Positions 32,023 through 42,345 of a DNA stretch of 64,000 bases are shown here, piece after piece. Each line of letters begins with the position of its first letter. Positions within the stretch are counted from its first letter, which is position 1. Source of the DNA: Gemmatimonadaceae bacterium (GTDB taxonomy: Bacteria; Gemmatimonadota; Gemmatimonadetes; Gemmatimonadales; Gemmatimonadaceae). The stretch is taken from the NCBI GenBank assembly GCA_044224875.1, contig JBGAJQ010000002.1, positions 64,001 through 128,000 on the forward strand, written 5' to 3'. A program made the translations under genes and the position numbers. The notes under the pieces were generated by a model that saw only the letters and a list, made by a program, of their open reading frames with translations, searched no databases and was not told the origin of the DNA.

Positions 32023-33569
32023 GAGGCACGTCCTGCGTCCGCTCGACGGGCGCCAGTCATATACGGCCCGAGCACCTCCGCCGACGCGTCCGCCCGGGGC
32101 AACAGCGCCACGAACCGGCCTTCGTACATCACGGCGATCCGGTCGGCCAGCGCCAGGACTTCCACCAAGTCGGCCGACACCAGCACCATCGCCTTGCCGC
32201 ACTCTCGGGCGCTGCGCAGCTGTGCGTGAATGAACTCGATCGCACCGACATCGACGCCGCGCGTCGGTTGTATGGCGAGGAGCACCGAGAAGTCGCGATC
32301 CCCGCCCATCTCTCGTGAAATGACGACTTTCTGCTGGTTCCCGCCGGACAGGGTGCGGACCGCGGCGTCCACGTCCGTCGGCCGAATGTCGAACGTACTC
32401 ACCTGACGTGTGGCGTTGGCGTGGACCCGATGGCGATCCATCACGCCATGCGACGAAAAGCGATGTTGCAGGCCGAAGACGAGATTGTCCGCCGTCGAGT
32501 AGTCGAGCACCAACCCCCGCCGGTGACGATCCTCCGGGATGTGTGACAGCCCGGCATCGATCCGCGCGCGCACTGGCCACGACGTGATGTCGACGCCGTT
32601 CAAGCTGACGGATCCACTCGACGGCCGCCGCAACCCGGCAATAGCCTCGATCAATTCCGTCTGTCCGTTCCCCTCCACCCCTGCAATCCCGAAGATCTCG
32701 CCAGGTCGAACCTCGAACGACACGCCGTCCACTTCACGCGCGCGTCGTGACGACGCCACCACCACATTCGACACAACCAGCGCCGGCCTCGCATCCTGAG
32801 CAACTGCCGGCGCATGGGAATGAGCCGCATCACCAGCGAGCACCACGTCTCGACCCACCATCATGCGGGCGATGCTGGATGGCGTCGCTTCCCCCGTCGC
32901 CAAGCGCCCAACCGTCTCACCGCCGCGCATCACCGTCACCGTATCAGAAATCTCCACCACCTCATCCAGCTTGTGCGTGATGACAATGACGGTATCGCCC
33001 TGGGACTTCAGCGTGCGGAGCACCTTCCAGAACTCACGCACCTCGGGTGGCGACAGGACTGCCGTTGGCTCATCCAGGATCAGGATCTTCGCGCCGCGGT
33101 ACAGCACCTTCAGGATCTCGACGCGTTGTGCCTCACCCACCGACAGCTCAGACACTCGGCGCGTCGGCTCAACGCGCAGCCCCGTGCGATCGCACAGCGC
33201 CTGCACGGCATTGTTCGCTGCCTGCCGGTCCAATCGCCATCCCCGCGTGATCTCCCGGCCCAGGACGACGTTCTCGGCCACCGTCAGCGTCGGAACCAGC
33301 ATGAAGTGCTGGTGCACCATACCCACACCCGCGCGAATGGCATCGCGCGTATTCCAGCCAGTCACATCGCGGCCGCTTACGAGGATGCTGCCCCGGTCCG
33401 GGGGAAACAGCCCGGCCAATATCCGCATGAGCGTGGACTTGCCAGCGCCGTTCTCGCCCACCACGGCATGGATCTCGCCAGATGCAACACTCAGCGATGC
33501 GTCGCGATTGGCCACCACCGCTCCGAATCGCTTGACGACACTTCGGGCCTCCAGTGCGCGATCGGTCAT
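32019..33569 (-). CDS. ABC transporter ATP-binding protein, tandem domains
   Basis: Walker A 'GENGAGKS', 'VHQHFMLV', 'LSGGNQQK', 'QPTRGVDVGA'. Confidence 0.95.
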   Translation of the reverse strand: MTDRALEARSVVKRFGAVVANRDASLSVASGEIHAVVGENGAGKSTLMRILAGLFPPDRGSILVSGRDVTGWNTRDAIRAGVGMVHQHFMLVPTLTVAENVVLGREITRGWRLDRQAANNAVQALCDRTGLRVEPTRRVSELSVGEAQRVEILKVLYRGAKILILDEPTAVLSPPEVREFWKVLRTLKSQGDTVIVITHKLDEVVEISDTVTVMRGGETVGRLATGEATPSSIARMMVGRDVVLAGDAAHSHAPAVAQDARPALVVSNVVVASSRRAREVDGVSFEVRPGEIFGIAGVEGNGQTELIEAIAGLRRPSSGSVSLNGVDITSWPVRARIDAGLSHIPEDRHRRGLVLDYSTADNLVFGLQHRFSSHGVMDRHRVHANATRQVSTFDIRPTDVDAAVRTLSGGNQQKVVISREMGGDRDFSVLLAIQPTRGVDVGAIEFIHAQLRSARECGKAMVLVSADLVEVLALADRIAVMYEGRFVALLPRADASAEVLGPYMTGARRADAGRAS

Positions 33570-34600
33570 CGTGTGCTCGGAACCTTGATCCGACCGTCAA
33601 TGATCTCCTGGCGCAGCGCCTCAACCTGCGCGCGAGCCGCCTCAGGAATCAGCGCCCGGTTGTGTTCGTCGAACACGTAGTCCACACCACGTTCGGCCAA
33701 CCCCAACTGGAAAATGCCGCCCTTGAACGTGCCGTCTTTCACCTGACGAATGGCGCCAAACACGGCCTGGTCCACTCCCTTCACCATGGACGTCAGGATA
33801 AACCCGGGTGCCTCGTTGTACTGATCGGCATCCACACCAATGGCCAGCTTGCCGCGCCGTCGCGCCGCTTCGAAGACGCCGAGTCCTGTCGATCCTGCCG
33901 CCTGAAAGATCACATTCACGCCCGATTGGTATTGCGACAACGCCAGCTCCTGCCCCTTACCCGGATTTCGAAATGCCTCCGGAGTGACGCCGGCGTATTG
34001 GGCGATTACGTCGCAGTCGGCGCAAACCTGTCGCACGCCCGCGCGATAACCGGCTTCGAACTTGTGGATCAGGGGGAAGTCCATGCCACCAACGAAGCCA
34101 AGCCGTTTCGATCCACCAACCAGTGCGGCAAGCGCACCTACCAGGAACGATCCCTCTTCCTCGCGGAACTTCAGTGCAGCGAGGTTCGGCGGCGGCTCAA
34201 CCGGGTTCCCCGCATTGTCTGTCGCGACGGCGTAGTCGACACCCGCGAACTTCGTATTGGGGTATTCCCTCGCCAGCTGCGTCAGGTCATCCGAAAAAAT
34301 GAACCCAACGCCAACCACCAGATCCATTCCCTCGGCGGCCAATACTCGAAGACCCGCCTCACGGTCAGATCCCTCGCCCGGCTCGACAAAGCGAACCTGC
34401 GCTCCAAGCTCTCGCGCGGCGCGCTCGGCGCCCAGGTAGGCGCCGTCATTGAAGGACTTGTCGCCTCGGCCGCCCAGGTCAAAGACGATTCCAACCTTGA
34501 CGCCCGACGAGGCGACCGACGCAGCGCCGCTTGGTCGCACGAAGAGGAGGGCGAGGTGCGCGATGAGGAGCGCCGCACCGAGGGTGTAGAGCCTTCGCAT
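33566..34600 (-). CDS. BMP-family ABC substrate-binding protein (purine nucleoside-type)
   Basis: 'GGRGDKSFN', 'FREEEGSFLVG', 'AIGVDADQ', 'LTSMVK'. Confidence 0.92.
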   Translation of the reverse strand: MRRLYTLGAALLIAHLALLFVRPSGAASVASSGVKVGIVFDLGGRGDKSFNDGAYLGAERAARELGAQVRFVEPGEGSDREAGLRVLAAEGMDLVVGVGFIFSDDLTQLAREYPNTKFAGVDYAVATDNAGNPVEPPPNLAALKFREEEGSFLVGALAALVGGSKRLGFVGGMDFPLIHKFEAGYRAGVRQVCADCDVIAQYAGVTPEAFRNPGKGQELALSQYQSGVNVIFQAAGSTGLGVFEAARRRGKLAIGVDADQYNEAPGFILTSMVKGVDQAVFGAIRQVKDGTFKGGIFQLGLAERGVDYVFDEHNRALIPEAARAQVEALRQEIIDGRIKVPSTR

Positions 34601-34952
34601 TGATGCGAAAAGGTCGTTCGCAGCTCCTACTGCGGCAAGGCTGCCCGGGCGCCATCTAGTGCACGCATCCAGCCTCTATGGAGGTTCAAAGCTTGCGACG
34701 CGTAAGGGATTCCGTTGCGCGGTGCGAGCCTGCCTCTAAGGCGGCGTCTCCCGGCCGAGCAGCTGCCCGGTTGCCGCCTCTCGCCGGGTCGCTTCGTGTT
34801 GGTAATACGACAACTGCTGCGGCCGAAGATCGTGTTCTGCAGCTCAAACCCTCGGCGGCGCGTCAGCAGGTGCGCTCACGATGTCGTTGCCGTTCCACGG
34901 CCGCCCGGTCTGCGCAGTGTCGCGTGGTGGAACGGCAACTGCTCAGCAACGG

Positions 34953-35666
34953 CTATTTCTTTCCCGTGTCAATTGGAACAGGGAGCTTTGGCATCCCCGG
35001 CGGCACAATCGACTCCTGGACGCGAGCGGTGCGGATGAAATCGAGTTTTGGAAAGGCACGCTCGAGGTAGCTGTTTCCGCGTGTCGCGATCTCGGTTTGA
35101 TCAGGACCAAACCCACCGGGCGGCCCTTCGCCATAGCCGGAGTACAGAGAATCCACGACGGCCATCCCATCGACTACCTCGCCAAATGGAGCAAAGCCCA
35201 TCCCGTCCAGCTGCTTGTTGTCCACCAGGTTGATGAACAACTGCGTGGTGCGCGTATTTGGGCCGGAAGTCGCGAATGTGATGCTGCCCCGCTTGTTGCT
35301 GTGAACCACCGAGTCATCTTCGATCGGGAGTTTTTCCCAGGACGCCGCCACCGCGGGATCACCGTGCGCGCCCCATTGAACCACAAACCCTGACACAACG
35401 CGGAAGAACCGGTTGTTGTCGTAAAACCCGCTCTTCACGAGTTGGTAAAATCGGTCCACTCCGCGTGGGGACCACTCCCGGTGCGACTCGACGACGAACG
35501 TCCCGCGGCTGGTCTCGAACGAAACTCGAAAGAGCTCGGGGGCGGGCGAAACCTCCTGCGGCGCATCGCTCGCCGGCGGCATGGATTTCTGGGCGGGTTC
35601 GCCGCCACGGCCACAGGCGACTGGCGCCAACGCCAGAAGGAGAAGTACAGGCCAGCGAGAGTGCAT
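34953..35666 (-). CDS. Cyclophilin-type peptidyl-prolyl isomerase, lipoprotein
   Basis: Lipobox 'PVAC', 'FFRVVSGFVVQWG', 'GPNTRTTQLFINL', 'GFAPFGEV'. Confidence 0.92.
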   Translation of the reverse strand: MHSRWPVLLLLALAPVACGRGGEPAQKSMPPASDAPQEVSPAPELFRVSFETSRGTFVVESHREWSPRGVDRFYQLVKSGFYDNNRFFRVVSGFVVQWGAHGDPAVAASWEKLPIEDDSVVHSNKRGSITFATSGPNTRTTQLFINLVDNKQLDGMGFAPFGEVVDGMAVVDSLYSGYGEGPPGGFGPDQTEIATRGNSYLERAFPKLDFIRTARVQESIVPPGMPKLPVPIDTGKK

Positions 35667-35705
35667 AATTGTGTTGGGGGCTTGGGACAGGAAGAGCAGT
35701 GAAAC

Positions 35706-36755
35706 CTAACGCTTACCCGCAAGATGTCGGGTGTCCAGACGGGCCACGGCGCCTGACGCGCCCACCGCAAAGGCCATCCCGGCTGGAGCCAGCTGCACGG
35801 CATTGAAGCCCGTACGATCAATGGCAGTCCAGGTCGTACCGCCATCGACAGACAGGTCCGATCCGTTAGAACCGACGGTCAATGCCAACCCGCGACGTGT
35901 GACGGCCACACCGGAACGATATCCAGATGGCATCTGTCGCGCTGGCGTCCATGTCACGCCTCCGTCCGTTGATCGCGCCGCAATCGCCCGTGTCGAGTCG
36001 GCATTCCGGTAGTCGCCTCCGACAGCAATCACCAGCGGGCCGCTGACCGCTATGGAAAAAACGCCGTTTGATCCGCTTCCGCTCTGGATAGGTACCTCCG
36101 TTGAGCTCCATGTCTTCCCACGGTCGGTCGATCGATGGACGCGCGCCGCCTTTCCTCCGCTGGCGATGAGCGCCGTGCCGTCCGAGAGCAGCTGAAGGGA
36201 AGTCCCGCTCGCTGCAAAAGCCGCCTCCCCGTCCACAACGGCTGGTCGAGAGTCTAGCGACGCTTCGCGCCAGTTCTCTCCTCCGTCCTGGGTGATCAGC
36301 AGCAGGAAGTGACCTCCGATCGGGTCTCCCAGCGCCACACCATGCCGATCATCCCAGAACGCAATGGCATCGAGAAACACACTCGAATCAGCGGCTTGGT
36401 AACGCAGAGACCAGGTGAGTCCGCCATCCGTGGTACGCCAAATTCGGCCCGCAGTCGCCGCAACATGCGCCACGCGTTCGCTCCGAGCACTAATCGCGCG
36501 AACGTCGTACGCCTTGGCGCCAGGAATCGTATCCACGTCCCACGTCGTGCCTCCGTCGGTACTGCGGAGGACGGTGCCGCGGGTTCCGCTCGCCCAGACG
36601 ACCTGGTCGCTGACGACGCTTAGGCCTCGAAACGAGGCCGAAGAGCCCGAATTGACGGACTGCCAAGTCTCTTGTGCCGATGCGGGCCCCGGGGCGGCGG
36701 CGATCGGCGCCATGATCGAGACTAGACAGAAGTTCACGAACAATCGAAGCGTCAT
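35706..36755 (-). CDS. YCF48/BNR (Asp-box) repeat beta-propeller protein
   Basis: Repeated 'STDGGTTW', 'TTDGGLTW', 'TQDGGENW', 'STDRGKTW'; signal peptide. Confidence 0.85.
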   Translation of the reverse strand: MTLRLFVNFCLVSIMAPIAAAPGPASAQETWQSVNSGSSASFRGLSVVSDQVVWASGTRGTVLRSTDGGTTWDVDTIPGAKAYDVRAISARSERVAHVAATAGRIWRTTDGGLTWSLRYQAADSSVFLDAIAFWDDRHGVALGDPIGGHFLLLITQDGGENWREASLDSRPAVVDGEAAFAASGTSLQLLSDGTALIASGGKAARVHRSTDRGKTWSSTEVPIQSGSGSNGVFSIAVSGPLVIAVGGDYRNADSTRAIAARSTDGGVTWTPARQMPSGYRSGVAVTRRGLALTVGSNGSDLSVDGGTTWTAIDRTGFNAVQLAPAGMAFAVGASGAVARLDTRHLAGKR

Positions 36756-36878
36756 GAATGGTCCGGCCAAGGGTTTGAATCGGATTCTAAGCGAAATTTC
36801 GCCTTTCGCCGAGCCTGGTGAATAGACCGTGCGGTTCGGCCCGCTTTACCAACGCCCGCACCGCCGATAAGTACGGTC

Positions 36879-38390
36879 ATGGCTTCTTTGCTGCGGGTTC
36901 GCTTTCTGGTGGTCGGCAGTGGGGTGGCGGGACTCCATACAGCGTGGCGCGCCTCGGAGAACGGCGAGGTGACCCTGCTCACGAAGCGGTCGCTCTTCGA
37001 CGGGTCTACGGCGTACGCTCAGGGTGGAATCGCCGCCGCGTTAGGTGCCGGTGACTCGCCGGAGTTGCATCGGCTGGACACGCTGGCGGCTGGTGCGGCG
37101 CTCTGCGATCGCCAGGCGGTCGAGGTGCTGGTGGAAGAAGGGCCGGCGCGCGTCCGCGAGCTGCAACTCGCGGGGGCGCGCTTCGACCTCACGCCAACCG
37201 GTTCGCTCAAGCTCGGACGGGAAGCCGCGCATTCGCGCCGCCGTATTGTGCATGCGCAGGGCGATCGCACGGGGGCGGAAGTGGCGCGAACGCTCGTCGC
37301 CCGAGTGTCGGAGAGCAAGGCGGTGAGTGTCCTCGAGCACGCGCGGGTGCTCGGCCTGATCGTGGAGGGGGGGCGTTGTGCTGGCGTCCGCGCCTCGGTT
37401 CTCGGACAGCCCGTGGAAATTCGGGCCGATGCGACGGTCCTCGCCACCGGCGGCTGCGGGCAGGTCTATCGCCATACCACCAACCCGGTGGTGTCAACCG
37501 GCGACGGTTTTGCCATCGCGCATCGCGCAGGAGTGAAGCTGACGGACATGGAATTCGTTCAATTCCACCCGACTGCGCTCGCCACGCCAGAAAACCCCCT
37601 CGCCCTCGTCTCCGAGGCAGTCCGAGGCGAGGGGGCGATCCTGCTGAACGCCAAACGCCGACGGTTCATGCCCTCCCGGCACCGCCTGGCGGAGCTGGCA
37701 CCTCGGGACATCGTGGCTCGAGAGATATTCCGCGAGCAGCAGCGCGGGGGCGTCGTCTGGCTGGATGCAACCGCGTTAGGTGAGTCGTTCCCCGCCCGCT
37801 TTCCTGGGATCTTCGCCCTGTGCAAGGCCCGCGGTATCGACCCGCGTCACCAACCAATCCCCGTCACCCCCGCCGCCCACTACATGATGGGAGGCATCGT
37901 CACGGACCTCGCCGGACGGTCCAGCCTCCCGTCACTCTATGCCTGCGGCGAGGTCGCGTGCACCGGAGTTCACGGCGCTAATCGACTGGCGTCTAACTCA
38001 CTGCTCGAGGGGCTGGTGTTTGCCGAGCGCGTCGCTCGCGACTTGTCCACAAGTGCGCGAGTACAACCGCCGCGTCGCGCGGGGAGCTGGGGCGTGCCTA
38101 ACCTGACAGACCGTGGTGCGGCCCAGGTGGCCGCTGGGCGAATCCGGGACACCATGTGGCGTCAGTCGGGTATCGATCGAACTGCGCACGACCTGCGCGA
38201 GTGCCTCGCAACGCTGGACGAGATCGCCGATAGACTCCCCACCGGTGCGACGGAAGAGCAGAATATGGTGGAGACCGCCAAAATGATCGCTGGGGCGGCG
38301 CTCCAGCGGCGAGAGTCTCGCGGCGGTCACTTCAGAAGCGATTTTCCGCGCGCCCGACGCGGCTGGGCCAAAAAGCACATCGAGTTCTAG
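36879..38390 (+). CDS. nadB: L-aspartate oxidase
   Basis: 'GSGVAG', 'AQGGIAAA', 'MEFVQFHPT', 'SEAVRGEG', 'ELAPRDIVAR', 'GVHGANRLASNSLLE'. Confidence 0.95.
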   Translation: MASLLRVRFLVVGSGVAGLHTAWRASENGEVTLLTKRSLFDGSTAYAQGGIAAALGAGDSPELHRLDTLAAGAALCDRQAVEVLVEEGPARVRELQLAGARFDLTPTGSLKLGREAAHSRRRIVHAQGDRTGAEVARTLVARVSESKAVSVLEHARVLGLIVEGGRCAGVRASVLGQPVEIRADATVLATGGCGQVYRHTTNPVVSTGDGFAIAHRAGVKLTDMEFVQFHPTALATPENPLALVSEAVRGEGAILLNAKRRRFMPSRHRLAELAPRDIVAREIFREQQRGGVVWLDATALGESFPARFPGIFALCKARGIDPRHQPIPVTPAAHYMMGGIVTDLAGRSSLPSLYACGEVACTGVHGANRLASNSLLEGLVFAERVARDLSTSARVQPPRRAGSWGVPNLTDRGAAQVAAGRIRDTMWRQSGIDRTAHDLRECLATLDEIADRLPTGATEEQNMVETAKMIAGAALQRRESRGGHFRSDFPRARRGWAKKHIEF

Positions 38391-38438
38391 TTCGCCAAGC
38401 ACCAGGCCGCCGGTCAGGCGGGCCATACATTTCCCGGA

Positions 38439-39445
38439 ATGCCAACGGACACCGACGTCATACGACTCCAAGCGAAGATCAAGGAAGCGGCGCGTGCCAA
38501 GCGTGCCGTGATCCTCGCTCACAACTACGAGCGCCCAGAAGTGCAGGATGTCGCCGACTACGTCGGCGATTCGTTAGGCCTCTCTCGTGAAGCAGCGCGC
38601 ACCGACGCCGAAGTGATCGTCTTCTGTGGCGTGCACTTCATGGCCGAAACAGCCAAGATCCTCTCGCCAAGCAAGACAGTCCTGCTTCCGGACCTCGCCG
38701 CGGGGTGCTCACTGGCCGACACCATCACGGCGGCGGAGCTTCGAGCGTGGAAAGCGGAGCATCCGGGTGCTGTTGTAGTGTCCTACGTCAACACGACGGC
38801 CGACGTGAAGGCCGAGAGCGACTATTGCTGCACCTCCGGGAACGCCGTGGAAGTGGTCAACGCCATTCCAGCGGATCGGGAGATTCTCTTTAACCCCGAC
38901 CTGTTCCCGGGGCTCCGTTCGTCGGCTTGACGGGACGTACCAACATGCACGTCTGGATGGGTGAGTGTCATGTGCACGCTGGCATCACCCCCACCAGCCT
39001 CTCACGACAGCGCGCCGAGCACCCCGCGGCAGAAATTCTCGTGCATCCAGAGTGTGGTTGTGCGACCAGCGTGCTGGAGGCGATGTCGGCTGGAGCCATG
39101 GCGAGCGACGGCGTGCAGGTGCTGTCCACGGAAGGAATGATCAAGCGGCCGGCGCAGTCGGGACACAAGGAATTCATTGTGGCAACGGAGACCGGGATCC
39201 TCCATCGGTTGAGACGCGCCAATCCGGACAAGACGTTTTATGCGGCGAGCGACCGCGCGCAGTGCCAGTACATGAAGCTCACCACGCTGCCCAAGGTGTT
39301 GCACGCGCTGGAACGCACCCAGCATGTGATTGATGTTCCACCCGACGTTGCCGCGCGAGCGCGGCTCGCCCTGGAGCGCATGGTGCAAATCGGCGGATCG
39401 CAGGCGCAACCGCAAGTCGCGGTTGGGTTCGATCCTGGGGAGTAG
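38439..39445 (+). pseudogene. nadA: Quinolinate synthase NadA, frameshifted at ~38905-38930; may be a sequencing error
   Basis: 5' ORF: 'ILAHNY', '[10 protein letters not shown]', 'AGCSLA', 'YVNT'; 3' ORF in another frame: 'GECHVH', 'HPEC', 'CQYMK'. Confidence 0.9.
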
Positions 39446-39470
39446 TCGACGGTCACGGAGGTCGCGCGCC

Positions 39471-40409
39471 ATGGCACCCAATCTGGAACCCACGCCGCCC
39501 ACACCGCCTGCGCCGCGGCGGGTGACACCGCTGGAGGTGCCGGCCATTCGGCACCAGGATCCCCTGCGATTTCCGCTCACGGTGGACGCCGTCCGATCGA
39601 CCGTGCACGACGCGCTGGCCGAGGACGGCGCGTTTAACGACATCACCACCATCGCTACCGTTCGGTCCGATCGCCGAGCCCGGGCACAGCTCGTGGCGCG
39701 TCAACCAGGAGTCATTGCCGGCATCCCGTTCGCCCTGGAAACGTTCCGTCAGCTCGATCAGAAAGTGAGCATGCGCGTGGACGCGGAGGACGGATCACGC
39801 GTAAAGAAGGGCGACACGCTCGTGTACATCACCGGTCACGCGCGCGGGATGCTGTCGGCGGAGCGCGTGGCCCTGAACTTCATGCAACGACTGTCGGGCG
39901 TGGCGTCGCTCACTGCGCGATACGTGGATGCGGTGGCGGGTACCCGGGCCGTGATCCTGGATACGCGAAAGACAACACCCGGTTGGCGTCGGCTGGAGAA
40001 GTATGCTGTTAGAGCTGGCGGAGGACGCAATCACCGCTTCGACCTGTCGTCCAGCGTATTGATCAAGGACAATCACCTGGTTGCAGTCGACGGGAACATC
40101 GCCGTCGCTGTCCAGCGGGCTCGTGAGCTCGCGCCACCCGGTGCGGAAGTCGAGGTGGAGTGCGACTCGGTCGAACAGGTGGGCGCTGCCGTGCAGGCCG
40201 GGGCGCACATCATCCTGCTGGACAACATGGCGCCCGACACGTTGCGCGCTTGCGTTGAACTCGTGGCGGGACGGGCCAAGTTGGAGGCGTCCGGCGGCGT
40301 ATCGCTGGATACGGTGCGTGCGATTGCCGAAACCGGCGTGGACTTCATCTCGGTGGGCGCACTGACGCATTCGGCACCGGCGTTGAACCTCGCACTCGAC
40401 TTCGAATGA
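39471..40409 (+). CDS. nadC: Nicotinate-nucleotide diphosphorylase (quinolinate phosphoribosyltransferase)
   Basis: 'ERVALNF', 'DTRKTTPG', 'NHRFDL', 'IKDNH', 'LLDNM', 'EASGG'; GGAGG upstream of ATG. Confidence 0.96.
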   Translation: MAPNLEPTPPTPPAPRRVTPLEVPAIRHQDPLRFPLTVDAVRSTVHDALAEDGAFNDITTIATVRSDRRARAQLVARQPGVIAGIPFALETFRQLDQKVSMRVDAEDGSRVKKGDTLVYITGHARGMLSAERVALNFMQRLSGVASLTARYVDAVAGTRAVILDTRKTTPGWRRLEKYAVRAGGGRNHRFDLSSSVLIKDNHLVAVDGNIAVAVQRARELAPPGAEVEVECDSVEQVGAAVQAGAHIILLDNMAPDTLRACVELVAGRAKLEASGGVSLDTVRAIAETGVDFISVGALTHSAPALNLALDFE

Positions 40410-40609
40410 GTTGCCGGGGGCAAGGCATCCGATCCGGTGAAGGAAGCGCGGCGGCGCTGGCGGTGGTGCGAACGAACGAATCCTTTCACCCATCGCCCCA
40501 AGGCGTGGGACCATGCGACGTCTGTGGCTCGGCGGACGTTCGTGAGGTCAGGTGCAAGGTGATCTGTTGGAACTGCCGGACCATCCTGCAGTCGTGCGCG
40601 GACCTGTGA
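40406..40609 (+). CDS. Small Cys-rich zinc-ribbon-like protein
   Basis: 'CDVCG...CKVICWNC...SCADL'; ATGA overlap with the nadC stop; followed by a terminator. Confidence 0.6.
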   Translation: MSCRGQGIRSGEGSAAALAVVRTNESFHPSPQGVGPCDVCGSADVREVRCKVICWNCRTILQSCADL

Positions 40610-40621
40610 CGCGCAAATGAA

Positions 40622-40651
40622 ACGGGCCCGAGCATCCTCGCTCGGGCCCGT
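40622..40651. terminator. Probable bidirectional terminator between convergent genes
   Basis: 12-bp stem ACGGGCCCGAGC/GCTCGGGCCCGT; T-rich tail on the minus strand. Confidence 0.75.
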
Positions 40652-40671
40652 CAACACGTGTTCCCAGATGG

Positions 40672-42114
40672 CTACGGTATGACGGTCACCACCGTTTGCC
40701 CCGGAACTCCCTCGGAGGTCGCGGTGATGGTCACCTGGCCAGGCGCAACAGCCTGAACCTGGCCGTTCGCGGACACCGTGGCGATCGACGTGTTGGAGCT
40801 GGTCCATGTCACCGGTCGGTTCCCAAGGACATTTCCATCCACGTCACGCATGGTGGCCTGCAGCTGCACGGAAAGCACCGCGTTCGGCGGCGAGAGTTTG
40901 AGCTGTGGCGAGTTGGGAGAAATCGTCACCGACACCACGGGCTTCAAGTTCACCGTCACGGGCAGCACGGCACTGGGAACCTGGTCGATGATGACCTGGA
41001 TGTTCGTCGTACCTGCGCCAACAGCATTCAGCACGCCATTCTGGTTTACCGATGCCACGGTCTGGTTCGAGGTCGTCCACGTGACCGATCGACCCAAGGT
41101 CGAGAGTACGTTCCCGACGCTGTCCTTCGGAACCGCGGCGAGCTGCGAGTTGTCACCGACGAACAGCGTCAGCGGATTGGGCGAGATCGCCACCGAACTG
41201 ACCGGAATCTGAGTCACCTGCAACTGGATCGCGTCTTGGGTGCCTTCGCACGTCGCGGCAATCTGCGTCTGTCCGACGGCAAGCGCGGTAATGAGCCCGG
41301 TCGACGAGTTGACCGACGCGATAGCTGGGTTTTGCGAAGTCCATGTGATCGTGCGGCCGGGTAGTACCTGATTCGCATTGTTCAGGCACGATGCCGCCGC
41401 CGCTAGCGTCTGCGTCAGACGCAGGATGTGCGAGCCGGTCAACGGATTCGTGATCTTTGTCGATACCACGCGCTCGGGAATAATTCGCACCTTCACGACC
41501 GCGTGCAGGTCGCCCACCGTCGCGGTGACCGTCGTCTCTCCAACAGATACCGCGCTGATGATGCCGCCGGGAGCAACCGCGGCTACCAACGGATTCGCGC
41601 TGGACCAGCTCACCACACGCCCAGGGATCGCCGAACCCGCTCCGTCAAACACCGCGGCATTCACGTTCTTCTGTGTACCAATATTCACATCGATGGAATC
41701 CGGTACCACCAGCAGGCGCGCAACCTTGGAAATCACGTTCACGACGGCCGCTGGGGAGGGCTGCCCATCGACGATTGCCGTCAATCGTGTATTGCCGATT
41801 TTCAACGTCGTCACCTTGCCGCTCGCATCAACCGTCGCGATATCCGGATTCAAGATGCGCCACGTGACCTTCGCGCCCGTGACTTCGCGTCCCTTTGAGT
41901 CGAGCGCTGTGGCGACGAACGACGTGATCACGCCACCAACCTCGATGGAGTCGTTCTGCGGAAGAAGCAGCACGCTCGCCGCGGGAGAGGGATCTACCGA
42001 CGTCGTGCATGCACCCACGGAGAGCGACAAGGCCCCCGTGAGCAGTGCGAGAAGACTCCACGTGCGGCCGCGACGCCGTTCGCGCGTCACACCCAGAATA
42101 TCCAAACGACCCAT
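40672..42114 (-). CDS. Lipoprotein with about five tandem Ig-like (BIG2) domains
   Basis: Lipobox 'SVGAC'; repeats such as 'VSWSSANPLVAAV', 'ITWTSQNPAIASV', 'VTWTSSNTSIATVSANGQVQAVAPG'. Confidence 0.88.
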   Translation of the reverse strand: MGRLDILGVTRERRRGRTWSLLALLTGALSLSVGACTTSVDPSPAASVLLLPQNDSIEVGGVITSFVATALDSKGREVTGAKVTWRILNPDIATVDASGKVTTLKIGNTRLTAIVDGQPSPAAVVNVISKVARLLVVPDSIDVNIGTQKNVNAAVFDGAGSAIPGRVVSWSSANPLVAAVAPGGIISAVSVGETTVTATVGDLHAVVKVRIIPERVVSTKITNPLTGSHILRLTQTLAAAASCLNNANQVLPGRTITWTSQNPAIASVNSSTGLITALAVGQTQIAATCEGTQDAIQLQVTQIPVSSVAISPNPLTLFVGDNSQLAAVPKDSVGNVLSTLGRSVTWTTSNQTVASVNQNGVLNAVGAGTTNIQVIIDQVPSAVLPVTVNLKPVVSVTISPNSPQLKLSPPNAVLSVQLQATMRDVDGNVLGNRPVTWTSSNTSIATVSANGQVQAVAPGQVTITATSEGVPGQTVVTVIP

Positions 42115-42345
42115 TCGCTCAGTTCCTCTTCAGAATTTGCCGTAACCCGGCCCGATAGAATCGGAGGGTGATCGCGTCCCTCGCCGCCCGCTCTTCAATC
42201 GACACGCGCCGGACGGCGCGCCCCCAATTGGAGCGCACCCGCAGCCTGCACGTCTCGTGTCACGACTTCCCCACAGGGCTACCGGACGGCCGCCGAGCCT
42301 CGTCAATCGACGACCAAGCCCAAGCGACATAACGCATTGCGAGTG

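Noticed and set aside
32023..32580. Long N-terminal extension of the ABC permease in the ORF track
   Set aside because: It overlaps the ATPase gene in another frame; the real start is at about 32013-32022. Similar over-extensions were trimmed for the ORFs starting at 2578, 4874, 12469, 44590 and 57215.
38928..38930. TGA in nadA as selenocysteine or readthrough
   Set aside because: The downstream half is in a different frame, so readthrough would not restore the protein.
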